DNA from: Macrostomum lignano
Taxonomy: Eukaryota
Direction of reading: 5' to 3'
NCBI GenBank assembly: GCA_002269645.1
Contig: NIVC01000173.1
Coordinates: 434,001-498,000, forward strand
DNA: 64,000 bases
A model generated the notes under the pieces. That model was not told the origin of the DNA, searched no databases, and saw only the letters and a program-made list of their open reading frames with translations. The translations under genes and the position numbers were made by a program. Shown in pieces: positions 50,540-63,485 of this stretch. Within the stretch, counting starts at the first letter, position 1. Each line of letters opens with the position of its first letter.

Positions 50540-52516
50540 GAGGAGCGATCAGAGAGGAGAGAGAGAGAGAGAGAGAGAAAGGAAAGAGGAGCGATCAGAG
50601 AGGAGAGAGAGAGAGAGAGAGAGGAAAGAGGAGCGATCAGAGAGGAGAGAGAGAGAGAGAGAGGAAAGAGGAGCGATCAGAGAGGAGAGAGAGAGAGAGA
50701 GAGAGAGGGGAAAGAGGAGCGATCAGAGAGGAGAGAGGAGAGAGAAGAGAGGAAAGAAAAGAGAGGAGAGAAAAGGGAGGAGTGAGAAGAGATGAGAGAG
50801 AGGAGCGATCAGAGAGGAGAGAGGAGAGAGAAGAGAGAAGAGAGATAAAACAGAGGAGAGAAAAGAGAGGAGAGAGATTGGAGCAGAGTAGAGTGTCAGG
50901 TTCACAAGACGTTAACTCAATACAAGTATTATTGGCTGAACATTTGATCATGGCCCGATGAACCTGCAGCTGCAAGACTTTGTAGATAGGCTCAGTCCAG
51001 AGCGGCAGCGAGTGCCTCAAAGAGCAGAGTTTTCAGTTCGAATCCATGCAAAATTTGCTTTAGCATCTCGGGTTGCCCTCGCGTGGGCCAGATAACTTAC
51101 CAGCCTCCTGAGGTATCGCTCGGAGCCCGTGTCCCAGAGCTTGTTTGAGCACCTCGGTGTATTTGCCCACCAATTGAACGGGCAGAGCCTGTAGTGCACT
51201 GCTGGATTGATAAAGTTCAAGATTCCTACTTTGCCGATATAAACTTTAGAGACCAATATATGTATTGCACTCTTTTGGCCCATTCACGCACTCCATGTGC
51301 GTCTTTTGTGCACTCCATGTCCCTTCATGTCTCTCCCTCTCTTACGCACTCCATATCTCACCTCTACGCACTCCATGCCCCTCCTTTACGCACTCCATGC
51401 CCCTCTTTTACGCACTCCATGTGCGTCTTTTGTGCACTCCATGTCCCTTCATGTCTCTTCTTCCCTTAGCACTTCATGTCCCCTCCTTTACGCACTCCAT
51501 ATCCCTCCTTACGCACTCCATGTCCATCCCTTAGGCACTCCATGTCCCTCCTCTACGCACTCCAGGTCCCTCCTTAACACACGCTATCACACCATATCTC
51601 ACCATGGCCCCCCTCACAAATCCCTGCTGTCGCCCGCGTCCATTCCTTGATCAGATACAAGGAAACGCTGCAGCAACTGGAACAGTTCAACATCATCACG
51701 GAGACGCTGGAGAAGATCCGCGACTTGCTAGACCAAGCCGCCCAGGTTGGCCGGGAAAAACTGATGGAGGTGCTGCAGTCTGAAGCCCTGAAAACTCTGC
51801 TGAACTTCCTGCCGTCTTACCTTCGCGACTGGCTGGATGGCTACATCAAGGATCTGCTGGAGAACCTTAACGACCCCATTGCCTGTGAGTGCCGATTAGG
51901 AATACTTACTTCTATAGGTTCAACATCGGCTTACACGGGGTTTCTGCTATTTAAAATCTCGTTCACGTGGTTTGTTAGTCCCCCGAAACACCATATGGGG
52001 TGTCTGTCATCCACTACACCATATGGGGTGTCTGGCATCCACTACACCATATGGGGTGTCTGGCATCCACTACACCAATTGAGGTGTCTGGCATCCACTA
52101 CACCATATGGGGTGTGTGTCTGTCATCCACTACACCATATGGGGTGTCTGGCATCCACTACACCAATTGAGGTGTCTGGCATCCACTACACCATATGGGG
52201 TGTGTGTCTGTCATCCACTACACTATATGGGGTGTCTGGCATCCACTACATCATATGGGGTGTCTGGCATCCACTACACCAATTGGGGTGTCTGTGGCAT
52301 CCACTACACCACGTAGGGTGTCTGTCATCCAACATCTCCTTTACGTAGGGTATCTGCAAAGCTGCATGTTTAAGCTTTGAAAAAAGCAAGACTTCCAAAA
52401 ACCGGGACTTAACGGCACCCATCTCTCCTCTTGTTTCAGTCACCAACTTGCAGCAAGCCATGCAGTCCACCGCCAAGGTCTACACTGAGATGTCCTACAA
52501 AATGAAGAGATTTTAA
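49396..52516 (+). CDS. Unrecognised secreted, Cys-free, alpha-helical protein, 133 aa
   Basis: Exons 49396-49490, 51655-51884, 52440-52516; phases 2 and 1 consistent, 402 nt, GC3-rich codons. Signal peptide MSFKTVSMLFAVALLSVTFSYG. Confidence 0.8.
49600..50880. repeat. (GA)n microsatellite / GAGGAAAGAGGAGCGATCAGAGAG compound array, intron 1
   Basis: Read directly. Confidence 0.96.
51280..51560. repeat. Degenerate repeat with core GCACTCCATG, intron 1
   Basis: Read directly. Confidence 0.85.
51990..52325. repeat. ~28-30-bp repeat (CCATATGGGGTGTCTGGCATCCACTACA), intron 2
   Basis: Read directly. Confidence 0.9.
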
Positions 52517-53642
52517 GTTGACCTAAATCTTTATGTAAAAAGAGAATACAATGCTCAAGACCTATTGCTCGTATTGAAAAAATATATAAACAGCTGAATA
52601 TTTTGGCAGACCTATAATCTTTTCCACTGTTGCAGTTTCAAGGTTCATGAAGTATCTAGCCAGCATTGAAGTGCATAGTAGGATCAGGGATTTACTGGTT
52701 AATTCCCTGCACCAACAATGTCCGCTCTATGCAGAGTGAACCCGCTGTTTACAGAGATAATATATATTATAGGATCTGCAACTAAGTCTCTGCTTGGCCA
52801 CAATATTAAAAAAACTTTGACTTAAAACATGGCAGGCGTGGATAGTGATACAGATAAGACCTTAAGACGCAACCAGAAAAAGAGATTCGAGGCGGCGGGA
52901 GCAAGAAATTAATAACTCTGCCAAGAAATTGATTCCTCGCCTTCAATGTTAAACTTCCTACACGAGTCCTGCGAGTTTTAATTACTCTTAGTCTCGATTT
53001 TCGACGCAGCTAAAGGCCTTATCGAAGTTGGCGCCTTCGTTCAATTCATTTTTAGGTTGAATGAAATCTTTTCTTATTGAGCTACAGTTCTTGCAGCCAC
53101 CAGTTGCAGTTTAGTAGTACATTTGACTTCTCACGGCAAAGAAATAGGAACAGTATTGAGAGATGGACGTACTGGTACTGCAGAGCGATTTAGGAGCAAT
53201 AGACCTCACTATATACTACTATTGTCAGTAGAGTTGGATAGGACTTCAAGAGAGTATTTTAACAAATTTTGCTCGGCACTGCCTCTGAAATAGTCTCAAG
53301 TCAATTAGACAGGTTCTCAGCAATAGCGCGCCTTCAAGACTGCCTCATCACCTCTGCAGCCTGTTGTGCGAACGCGTGCGAGCAAGGGGTCTCCCCTCTT
53401 CGTCATAGTCGATAAAATATTCAAGGCTGAGGACAGAGCTCCGAAACATGAAGGAATCGAGTTGAAAATAAATTGTACCAGATCAAAGACAAGTGAAATA
53501 TCGGTTCTCCTGAATAAGCATCTCAGTGTAGCGAGTTTAAAAAGCTACTTAAGACTGAGAAAGTGTTTTATCTTAATAGCTATTAGTTTTGAACTTACAA
53601 ATTCATCGACAGCAATTTCGAATTTGTCAAGTGTTACTAAGC

Positions 53643-55106
53643 ATGCTCAGTTTTAGTCTGAAATCGGAGTTTACTTGCTTGCTACTGCTGTCAGCTCTGA
53701 CTAATTTGACATGGAGCTTCTCCGGTGCCGCAAATGAGGCTCGACTGGGTCCTAAAACTGGTAAGCAGTTCTGGAAATTATTTAAAAAAGCAACATAACA
53801 AATACCAGCTACATCACTTACTGGTTTTAAAATTCTTTCTTGGTGCCTTTCCCTCTCCTAGAAGCTTCTAGACCGTTGCGTCTGCGCTCGTACTACATAC
53901 TAGATGCCGCTGGATTCTGGATAACGCTGTGTTTAGAAAACTCTGGATGACGGTGTCTTTGGAATACTCCGGATGACCGTGTCTTTGGAATACTCCGGAT
54001 GACCGTGTCTTTGGAATACTCCGGATGACCGTGTCTTTAGAATACTCCGGATGACCGTGTCTTTAGAATACTCCGGATGACCGTGTCTTTAGAATACTCC
54101 GGATGACCGTGTCTTTAGAATACTCCGGATGACCGTGTCTTTAGAATACTCCGGATGACCGTGTCTTTAGAATACTCCGGATGACCGTGTCTTTAGAATA
54201 CTCCGGATGACGGTGTCTTTAGAACACTCTGGATGACGGTGTCATTAGAACACTCCGGATGACCGTGTCTTTAGAACACTCCGGATGACCGTGTCTTTAG
54301 AATACTCCGGATGACGGTATGCTTAGAACACTTTGGATAACGGTGTGTTTAGAACACTCTGGATGACAGTGTCTTTAGAACACTCTGGATGACGGTGTCT
54401 TTTTGAACACTCTGGATGACGGTGTCTTTAGAACACTCCGGATGACCGTGTCTTTAGAATACTCCGGATGACCGTGTCTTTAGAACACTCTGGATGACGG
54501 TAAGCTTAGAACACTTTGGATAACGGTGTGTTTAGAACACTCTGGATGATGGTGTCTTTAGAACACTCTGGATGATGGTGTCTTTAGAACACTCTGGATG
54601 ACGGTGTCTTTAGAACACTCTGGATGACGGTGTCTTTAGAACACTCTGGATGATGGTGTCGTTCGAACACTCTGGATGACGGTGTGCCTAGAACACTCTG
54701 GATGACGGTGTCTTTAAAACACTCTGGATGACGATGTTTTTACTATCCTTTGTCTCACTCAGGTCTTCGTTCCTTCTATCATCTCAGCTTGCAGTCAACT
54801 TCTAATCAAACAGTTGCTGAAATTTTTAGACAACAAACCAATCGTTGGTTTAACGCTGCATATCCTCGATCTGAACGAAGATCAACCGGAGGGAACCCGG
54901 ATGAAACGCTTGGTAGATTTGACCGAACCGGCGACTTACCACTGCGGCAAGTGTCCAACTTGTCTCTGCTATTACAGGCGCTGGCGATGATGGACAGACG
55001 GCAGCGATTGAACTTCTGGACATTGCTGACTAAACGAACTCTTTTGAAACTGATTAACATCCTTGCTGAAGGAAAAGAAAAAATGACACTAGCATTCGAG
55101 CCTTAG
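53643..55106 (+). CDS. Putative secreted peptide precursor, two exons, frame ambiguous (153 aa from ATG 53643, or 84 aa from ATG 53734 ending at 54990)
   Basis: Donor CTG|GTAAGC at 53760/53761 and acceptor CTCACTCAG| at 54762/54763, with a 26-bp array between them as in neighbouring introns. Both frames give hydrophobic N-termini and KR sites. No family recognised. Confidence 0.5.
53940..54735. repeat. 26-bp minisatellite (CTCCGGATGACCGTGTCTTTAGAATA)
   Basis: Read directly. Confidence 0.95.
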
Positions 55107-56199
55107 ATAAAAATCACGATCGTTTTGGCATTTTTACTTTCAGTAGCTATTGCATATGTTAGAAAGTTGGTTACGATTGAATCAAAAAGTTTACCCGGTG
55201 GAGGGTTTCGTATCCCGTGCGGTGGCCCTTGCGCTGCTCTTAATTGACAAATAAGAACGAGCTTAGTTAGTATAAGCGAGTTCCAGTGACAAAAATGGTG
55301 TTTACTATTATTTGCGTTGCACTATCATTATAGATCGTAACAGTATCTACATGTGTAATGACCTCATTGACCCATCGACAAAATCAGTTGAGAAGAATAT
55401 GCGCTAGAAAAATTCGATTTCTTGAGAACATGCTAAATGCACTAGTGGAACGGTCCTTCCCGACCCTCCTTCGAAGAAAGCAAAAAGTAGCGGCCTACTT
55501 CTTGAGTGACCTACAAGTGAACTTTCGTATTGTAACTTCGAGGATACTTCGAGCCTGACTCTTTGCAGTGCAAAATATGAGGAACACTTTTCTCCGTTTG
55601 CTTGTGAATGGAATTGATACACACATCAATCAATGTCTGACAGATCCACGTAGTTTGTCTTGCTCCCCTCCCCGTCACTCTGCGAGGGACAGGAATTAAT
55701 TCGGGTGAGAATAATTTGAGCAAGATAAGGTAGAGATAGCCTACGACGAGTTTACCGCGCATGCATGAAAACATTAATCAACTGCAATCAAAATCCATAT
55801 GGTTGTTTCCCATTGCGCTGTTGTGCAGCATAGGCGCAATTTAGAAAATGTGAAAATTCTTACACTTAAAGACAAATTAGTGTTTGTTTTGTGAATCCGT
55901 TGTACCCAAACATTCGCTGCGCATGTGTATTAACTTACAGTTGGACAGCAATTGTGTTTCCTGTTTTTATAGACTTACACGCTGAAATTGACACTAAGCT
56001 GCACTATATAGTTACATAGCTAGACAGATAAACTATAAACAGTTTTACGAGTACCACGGGGGAATCGCGAATAACGGATAAGCATTGCGATGATTGACAC
56101 AGTCCTGTGGCGTATCCAGAGGAAGGCCAGGGGTAAACTTAGGCAAGCTTAAGTTTTGCCTCCACTTGAATGTGGAATGGTATCTGCCGGTCTTGGAGA

Positions 56200-57390
56200 T
56201 GGGAGTACGGGCATTCACCAAGAGACAGGGGGGTTCACCAGAGGACAGGGGGTCTGCTAAGAGACAAGGGGGCCCACCAAGAGACAGGGGAGGGGTCCAC
56301 CAAGAGACAAGGGGGCCCACCAAGAGACAGGGGAGGGGTCCACCAAGAGACAGGAGCTTCACCAAGAGACAGGAGCTTCACCAAGAGACAGGAGCATCAC
56401 CAAGAGACAGGAGCTTCACCAAGAGACAGGAGCTTCACCAAGAGACAGGAGCTTCACCAAGAGACAGGAGCTTCACCAAGAGACAGGAGCATCACCAAGA
56501 GACAGGAGCTTCACCAAGAGACAGGAGCTTCACCAAGAGACAGGAGCTTCACCAAGAGACAGGAGCTTCACCAAGAGACAGGAGCTTCACCAAGAGACAG
56601 GAGCTTCACCAAGAGACAGGAGATTCACCAAGAGACAGAAGCTTCACCAAGAGACAGAGAATCCACCAACACACAGGGGCGCCCAACAACAGATAGGGGC
56701 ACCCACCAACAGATAGGGGCGCCCACCAACAGATAGGGGCGCCCACCAACAGATAGGGGCACCCACCAACAGATAGGGGCGCCCACCAACAGATAGGGGC
56801 GCCCACCAAAAGACAGGGGCGCCCAGCAAGAGACAGGGGCGCCCAACAAGAGACAGGAGCGCCCAACAAGAGACAGGGGCGCCCACCAACAGATAGGGGC
56901 GCCCAGCAAGAGACAGGAGCGCCAACAAGAGACAGGGACGCCCACCAACAGATAGGGGCACCCACCAACAGATAGGGGCGCCCAGCAAGAGACAGGAGCG
57001 CCAACAAGAGACAGGGACGCCCACCAACAGATAGGGGCACCCACCAACAGATAGGGGCGCCCACCAACAGATAGGGGCGCCCACCAACAGATAGGGGCAC
57101 CCACCAACAGATAGGGGCGCCCACCAACAGATAGGGGCGCCCACCAAGAAACAGGGGCGCCCAACAAGAGACAGGAGCGCCCAACAAGAGACAGGGGCAG
57201 CCACCAACAGATAGGGGCGGCCAGCAAAAGACAGGGGCGCCCAACAAGAGACAGGAGCGCCCAACAAGAGACAGGGGCAGCCACCAACAGACAGGGGCGC
57301 CCACCAACAGATAGGGGCGCCCAGCAAGAGACAGGGGCGCCCAACAAGAGACAGGGGCGCCCACCAACAGATAGGGGCACCCACCAGAAA
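56200..57390. repeat. Compound array: 19-bp (CACCAAGAGACAGGAGCTT) grading into 20-bp (CCCACCAACAGATAGGGGCG)
   Basis: Read directly. Confidence 0.95.
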
Positions 57391-58339
57391 GTAAAAAAAA
57401 TATTGTTTGCATCACCAGAGAAACACATCGAAGAATTCTCCTAAAGGGGAATTCCGTTTAACGTCAATTCTTAAGGGGAGAATTAATTAAGAAGAAATTC
57501 ATTTTATCTCTAAGGGGAATTCCATCCTTCGGTAGGGAATTCTATCAAGGGGAATTTCTTTATTCTTGGAATCATTCTTTATTTTGGAATGCTTTCCAAT
57601 ATAATGGAAACTTTTCCTTAATAAAAATCAACTTAATGGAGAATTCTATCCAGGAGAATGTCCTTCAAGTGGATAATTAAAACTACAAAAAATCAAGTTA
57701 GCTAGTTTTGCGCCTGCATCAAAGCGTAGACCTCGATTTAGTTTTCCAGCACTGCACTTATCTTTATAAGCTTAATCCACCTAGTAAAAACCAGTTGTGC
57801 AGGACTGTTGCTCCCATAGCCAGTATATTTATTTATCCAAAGAATACAAATTGTCAGGGCCAAAGTTCTTATACTTAAAAGGTCCGCAGCCGCCCAAATG
57901 ACCGCGTGGGCTGGGCTCAGGGGCAGATGGGAGGAGCCAGTCCAGTTACTGCACGTCGCAGCTCCAGCGCCCTAGCAACTGGTCGTGGACGTACAGAAAA
58001 ATTCCCTGACCCATGGAGAATAAACATGCTAGAGAGTGGACTGGAGGGGGGCAAGACGGAGAGACAAGTCCTGCACCAACCCTGCCTCCGCCTGCACCGC
58101 CCATACAAACTCTCCAATAGAAAATAAAGAAAATATAGAGAGGGGGGAAGGTGGAGTTGCGTAGGAAATCCCAAACCACAAGCCTTTATATAATAGAAGT
58201 TAGGCATTATTAGTTAGAGAACTTCAGAGACTCCAACTTCCATATCAATACCTAAATCAATTAGTTCAAGACTGCATGATTGCAACGGCATGGGAAAGTT
58301 CGATTCCTTGTTGAGACGGGTGACCCATCGTAGTCAACC

Positions 58340-58373
<34 letters not shown>

Positions 58374-59526
58374 CAACAACGACAGCAGAAATCGTTGAGA
58401 GCCTCCAGCCGAAGGAGGCAACATAGTGGACGAAGAGGCAACCCAGGAAGTTCCCGAAGGCTTGCCCCAGCTGATGGCGGTGAACCCGGCACCGGCATGA
58501 TGGCGAGACTGCGGTAAGCGTAGCAACTACCTTCTCCACATGGCCGCACCTAGCTATAGCTAATTTCTCACCCATAAGCAGCTTTTTGTTGAATAATTCA
58601 CAGACTTTGGGCACCAAATTCTTAAACGCTTGTATTGAGCTGTCAATTATAATAGATTGCTTCCTGCGCTGGAGAAAAAGTGCAAGTTTCTTTTCTGCAT
58701 TAGAAAACAACATTATACTGAGGTTTATTAAATAATAACTCAATTTTCCTATAGACCTTCCAAAACTGAAGCGAACCCAAATTATCGACAGCGCTAATCA
58801 TGGCTTAGGCCTGCAACCAGACATAAGCCTTAGCGAACCAGTTACTAACTCAATAGTCATGGCCTGAGTTTTACTTTGATTGATTTGACACAGTTAAGAA
58901 TTGGGGAGCAAACTTTCTCTTTACTTTGAACGATTTTTACAGATTCTTTAGTAGCACAAATTTCGAATAGGATTCCTAATAAAGAATCGAAAACTAGTGC
59001 TTTTCACGCAGTTGTAACTTTATCGCTCAAAATGTGCAGAACATGTCTACAGACATTAAATTTTTGAGTAAACCGTGCTCTCAAGCTTTTAAACCTGACA
59101 GAGTTACTAAGCTTAAATGTAGCAATTCTTGATTGGGAAAACTTGGCAAAATTGTTATTTAATACGAGCGTAGAAGTCTACTCATTTTTTCGACTCTTAA
59201 CACCTTTGGGTCCACTATTTTAATCCCATCTGCTCCTAAATCAGTGTGCTTTTCGGTAAGCTTTTTGGTAAGCTGTAAAGTTCCATATTAAAGTTTGTTG
59301 CTACAAATAAATAAATATAGGCTTCTATAAATAGAAGGTAATAAAAGGTAATAAAAGTCCAGAAGGTAATAAAACGATGGTCAATTCAATGCTAAAGACT
59401 GAAGTAAGAGCGTACTGGTATTGACATCTCGCAAATACACTTTGAGGCATCGATAAGGGTCTTTAATAGCATCTACTGTAGCTTTAATACCTCTTTCTAA
59501 CAATAGAACTCATCTACACATCAGCA

Positions 59527-62500
59527 ATGTTTCCCAACTTCAGCCGGCCAAGCCAGCTGGGATTTGTGGCCGATCATTCAGCAACGCCGTCGAAGTCGCT
59601 GATGCAATCGCTGCTGACTCTGTACGGCATGGTCATACTGATGCTAGGCGTCGTGATCCCAATCAGCGACGCTCTGGCGAAGCCGGCGCAACATGCCGAC
59701 TACAGGCAGGTGAGGAGCCTACTAATCAAGAATGCGCTCTTATTTCTATGCAAATTTATTTCATTTCTTGTCTTACGCAGACAGGCTTAAAAATTCTTTT
59801 AGTCTGAAGTTTTGTCTAAAATTAATTAAGATTACAGCGTGTCATACATCCCTAGATTTATTATTTCAACAGAGAATTATTCATTATCACTTGGGTGCTA
59901 CCTCTCGGTTCGCTAAGCTCTTTTTCGGTAAGCAAATTTTCGGTATTTTCCAGAAAAAACTCCCCCTATGGAAATGAAGCATTTGGTCGTAGCGGATAAA
60001 ATGTTCTTCAGTGCAGTGATTGACCCTGCGTGGCCTGGATTGACCCGTACAGCCAATGTGCTGCAGCAAATCCATGCTCTAGTACGGGTATTGGGCATGA
60101 CGTACTGTCTGTGAATAACCATTCTTTAAATGTTTACGAGTACTATAGGAGTCTAGCTGTTTTAGGCTCTTATCTGAGCAAGGAAAAAGACGTGTGACTT
60201 TAGACTCAAGGGGTTTGCTTTCCTGCAACAAGGAGCAAGCATGCACGGGGATACTTGCATAACACCTTGCGTGTTGTCAGATAAGCCATGCGAGTAGTGG
60301 ATTAGAGTAATGCAATTTAAGACAAAACTGCTACTCAATTCAGTTTGCTCCTTTTTATTTTCTTTAAATTGGTGCCTGAAATCGGATAGTTCATATTTAC
60401 TATAGATAAGTTTGTGATTGTTATAATGTCTGACAAAATGTTTTAACAAAAATGCTCTAGTCTGGCCTGAGATACAGCGAAATTTTTCATGGTTCTGAAT
60501 ATCCATCCACCTATACTATATCTCTAAGATCTGTTTGTCTGTCTGTCTGTCTGTCCATCTGAAACGCTCTAGTAAATTATCTACGACTGCAAAATTATTT
60601 GCAGCAATTTCTAAGATATTTTTATCATTAGACTCGTAAAACAGTCCTTACTAATGTACTTAAATCACGACCCATGAACTCTCTCACATAGAGAACAAAT
60701 AAAGTAAAAGCCAACCTATTAGTAAATCACATGTAGCTCAGAACTGAATAAGTATCCCAGTACCACCGACCCATTTTGTTCAGATGTTCTACATCTTTAT
60801 GCACGGAATCGGAGCAGTGTCCATCATGTACCTGGACGCTCTGATCGCGTTTCACAAAAGCGACCCAAACTGCAGTGCCAGCCGGTCAGCAGTCAGCGGT
60901 CAGCCGCTGGCCACTGTGCCGGAGATTCGCTTCGAGGAAGCCTCTACCACACCGCCGGATTCGCCGAATGACGCAGCGAATGGCGCTTCGGAGCTAGAAT
61001 TACTCACTACGGCTAACAACGTACCGACGGGAGACAGGGGAGCAGTTTTCGAGAACGAAGACAAGGACAACGATGATGAGGAAGAGGAAGAGAAGGATGA
61101 AGCAAAAGCAGCGGACGATCGTCGAATCAGCAGGACGTTGGCGGAACCCGCTGAGATCGCGGAATCAGTAGCGGCCACGGAGGCTGCCGAGACGCGTCTG
61201 TATCTGAAGCCGCTGCCATTCTGCTCTGGCGGCAGCAATTCAGCTTCGGCAAACTCGATGGACTCGATGACCGGGACAGCGACTGGTGCAACCACCACTT
61301 ACGGAGGAGGCGGCAATCGGGCTCAGACGTCTTGTCGAGTCTTTTTCGACAGGGTCAGACGTCGCTTGAAAGTAGCGAAGTTAGCTATTCAGAGTAAAAT
61401 AGGTTTGTTAGGGACTGCTTCTGGAATTTAAAAATCTCATGGGTTCTACTTATAACCAGTAGAGTTTTGTATCTTGTCATCCGTATGATCTACGGATAAT
61501 TAATTTGCAGATAAAATCAAGAAAAAGCGAAACGGTAGACGAATTACATGGTCGGCAGCTGGAGTGAACATCTATCTGAGGCTGGGCTCCGTTAGTGAGT
61601 ATGGGATAAAAATAAATACCTGTTCATCATGCACAAGATTTAAATTCTTCAAGATATCAACAAAATCCAAACACGAACCGAACCGGCAGTATTTGGCTTC
61701 GGTGTGATGGTCCACGACGGCTTCAAAATAGTCGACGTGCTAGAGAAACCCGACAGCGCACACTGCGCGGGACCCTGGTTCCTGCCTAAGCAAGTCATCC
61801 ACTTGATCTTCATCGTGTGCCAGACCTACTACCTGTTTAAACATCATAGGGTACGTAGGCATGGTTGGATGCTGCTCGCTGCAATCTACGAGCTAGATGA
61901 ATCATCTGTTGACCATTTCCTGTAAAAAATCAGGTGACCATCAATACCCAGAAGCCATTGGTTCGATTCATACTGGTCCACCTGATGGTGACTAACCTGT
62001 GCATCTGGGGCAAAACGGTAATCTACGAGATTAAGCTGAGCATTATGCATTTAGCGAACACGACTGAGCACCACAGCAATGGGACCGGGGCAAAGCAAAC
62101 ACACTCCAGGACTCTGAGCACTTATTTGAACGCTACGTCGACAGGGCACTATCAGAATGGTTCAATAGGTAAAACAAAAAAATCAATTATTATGTTCTAG
62201 CCGTTTATGAATTTTGATAATCGCATCTCTTCCGCTTAACGCGCAGTTCATCCAGCCGCTCACTACTTATCTAAGTGCGACGGGCTTCAACTGCCAGAAG
62301 AGGACAGCCCGTCGCATAAGCTCGGTCCGTACCTGTACCCATGCGCAGTCGAATACGGCCTCATCTGCGCCGCGATCTGCTTCAAACTGTTCGCTCGAGT
62401 TGGCGATGTCGAAGTCGTTCCCTACGGTAGGAAAGAGTCGCCCCAAGGACCTCGGGCCACCACGTGTCACAAATCGCACAAGGGCCTGTTCCTAGGCCTC

Positions 62501-63485
62501 TTCATCATGATTTGCGTCCTGGTGCCGACTATTAGTCTGATATTTCTGCAACGGGAAAACGAGCCTGGCAGGCACAGGGATCAGCACGCGCTAGCAGTGA
62601 TTGCTGTCGAATGTCTCGTACTCGTCTGTACATCCGGAATGGCCGTGCTAGGAACTGTAAAAGCAGTCCGAAAATTGAAGCTCTACAAGCTCCATGGCAG
62701 CGAAGCTTTTGATGTCAACTTGCTGTTTGTTGGACTGGCTGGTAAGATATGTCACAGTACTTTTAGATCCAGTTAATCCTTTTAATCCTTCTAGTTAATC
62801 CAGTTAATACGCATGCGACAGCGATGTGAAGATTCAAGAGATTTAACGGATTCACGACTGAAACATCGGGGTTCTACATACTTCGACCTACTCGGAACAA
62901 TTTTTGGTCCTTGAGAAAGACACTTAACTCTGCATTGCTTCAGTTCACCCAGCTGTAAAATGGGTGCCAGCATTAGCTAGGGTTAATTGAGGGTGTGTGG
63001 CGACCCCCCACTCCTTGGACTGAACAGCCGTACGCAGCCATCAGATGCGCCACGCAATAGCTGCGGCTGAGCTTTCAGTTGCACATCTGGCCCAATTGGA
63101 GCAATTGTAATCAAATATTATTGTTATCATATTTTAGAGTTCAATCTGACTGATGACTTTTGGACAAAATGTATCGATTAAAAAATAGCATGTCAAAGCT
63201 GCTGAACTTTGCTTTCAAAAATATCAGATGCCATAGCCTATCATCGTAACTCAATCAGGAATCATCTGCTACAACCTGTTCGTCACCATCTCTGTCGGGG
63301 CATGCCTTCTCGACCCAGCGGCGGCCACTGTCGGCCCGACAGTGTCGATGACGCGGGAGCTTGGCTCCGGTATTGAGCACTGCCAGTGGGGCAGCCAGTT
63401 TCAATTCAATATTGCTCGACTTACCGGCTTGAAATCGTTTCTTGAAGTGACGCAATCGGTCGCGCAGACTCTGTTCATAATGCAG
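59527..63485 (+). CDS. OTOP: Otopetrin-family proton channel, 3' exons beyond the window, start uncertain
   Basis: Exons 59527-59709, 60784-61393 (or 61402), 61511-61594, 61690-61850, 61934-62168, 62247-62741, 63259-63485; phases consistent. Motifs LLTLYG, NIYLRLGSVIFGFG, QTYYLF, VHLMVTNLCIW, YLYPCAVEYGLICAA, CHKSHKGLFLG, QSVAQTLFI. Confidence 0.9.
62845..63125 (+). mobile_element. CORE-like SINE (copy 2), head degenerate, in an otopetrin intron
   Basis: TCACGACTGAAACATCGGGG...GTCCTTGAGAAAGACACTTAACTCTGCATTGCTTCAGTTCACCCAGCTGTAAAATGGG matches 25480-25600. Boundaries approximate. Confidence 0.7.

Noticed and set aside
51017-51283. PFNWWANT as a hAT dimerisation domain
   Set aside because: Only the WW motif matches; the downstream LA..YL..PATS..SER.FS pattern is absent.
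52900-53640. Possible decayed coding or transposon sequence
   Set aside because: Frequent stops in the frames examined and no identifiable domain.
56045-57428. ORFs of 188-269 aa
   Set aside because: 19/20-bp arrays.
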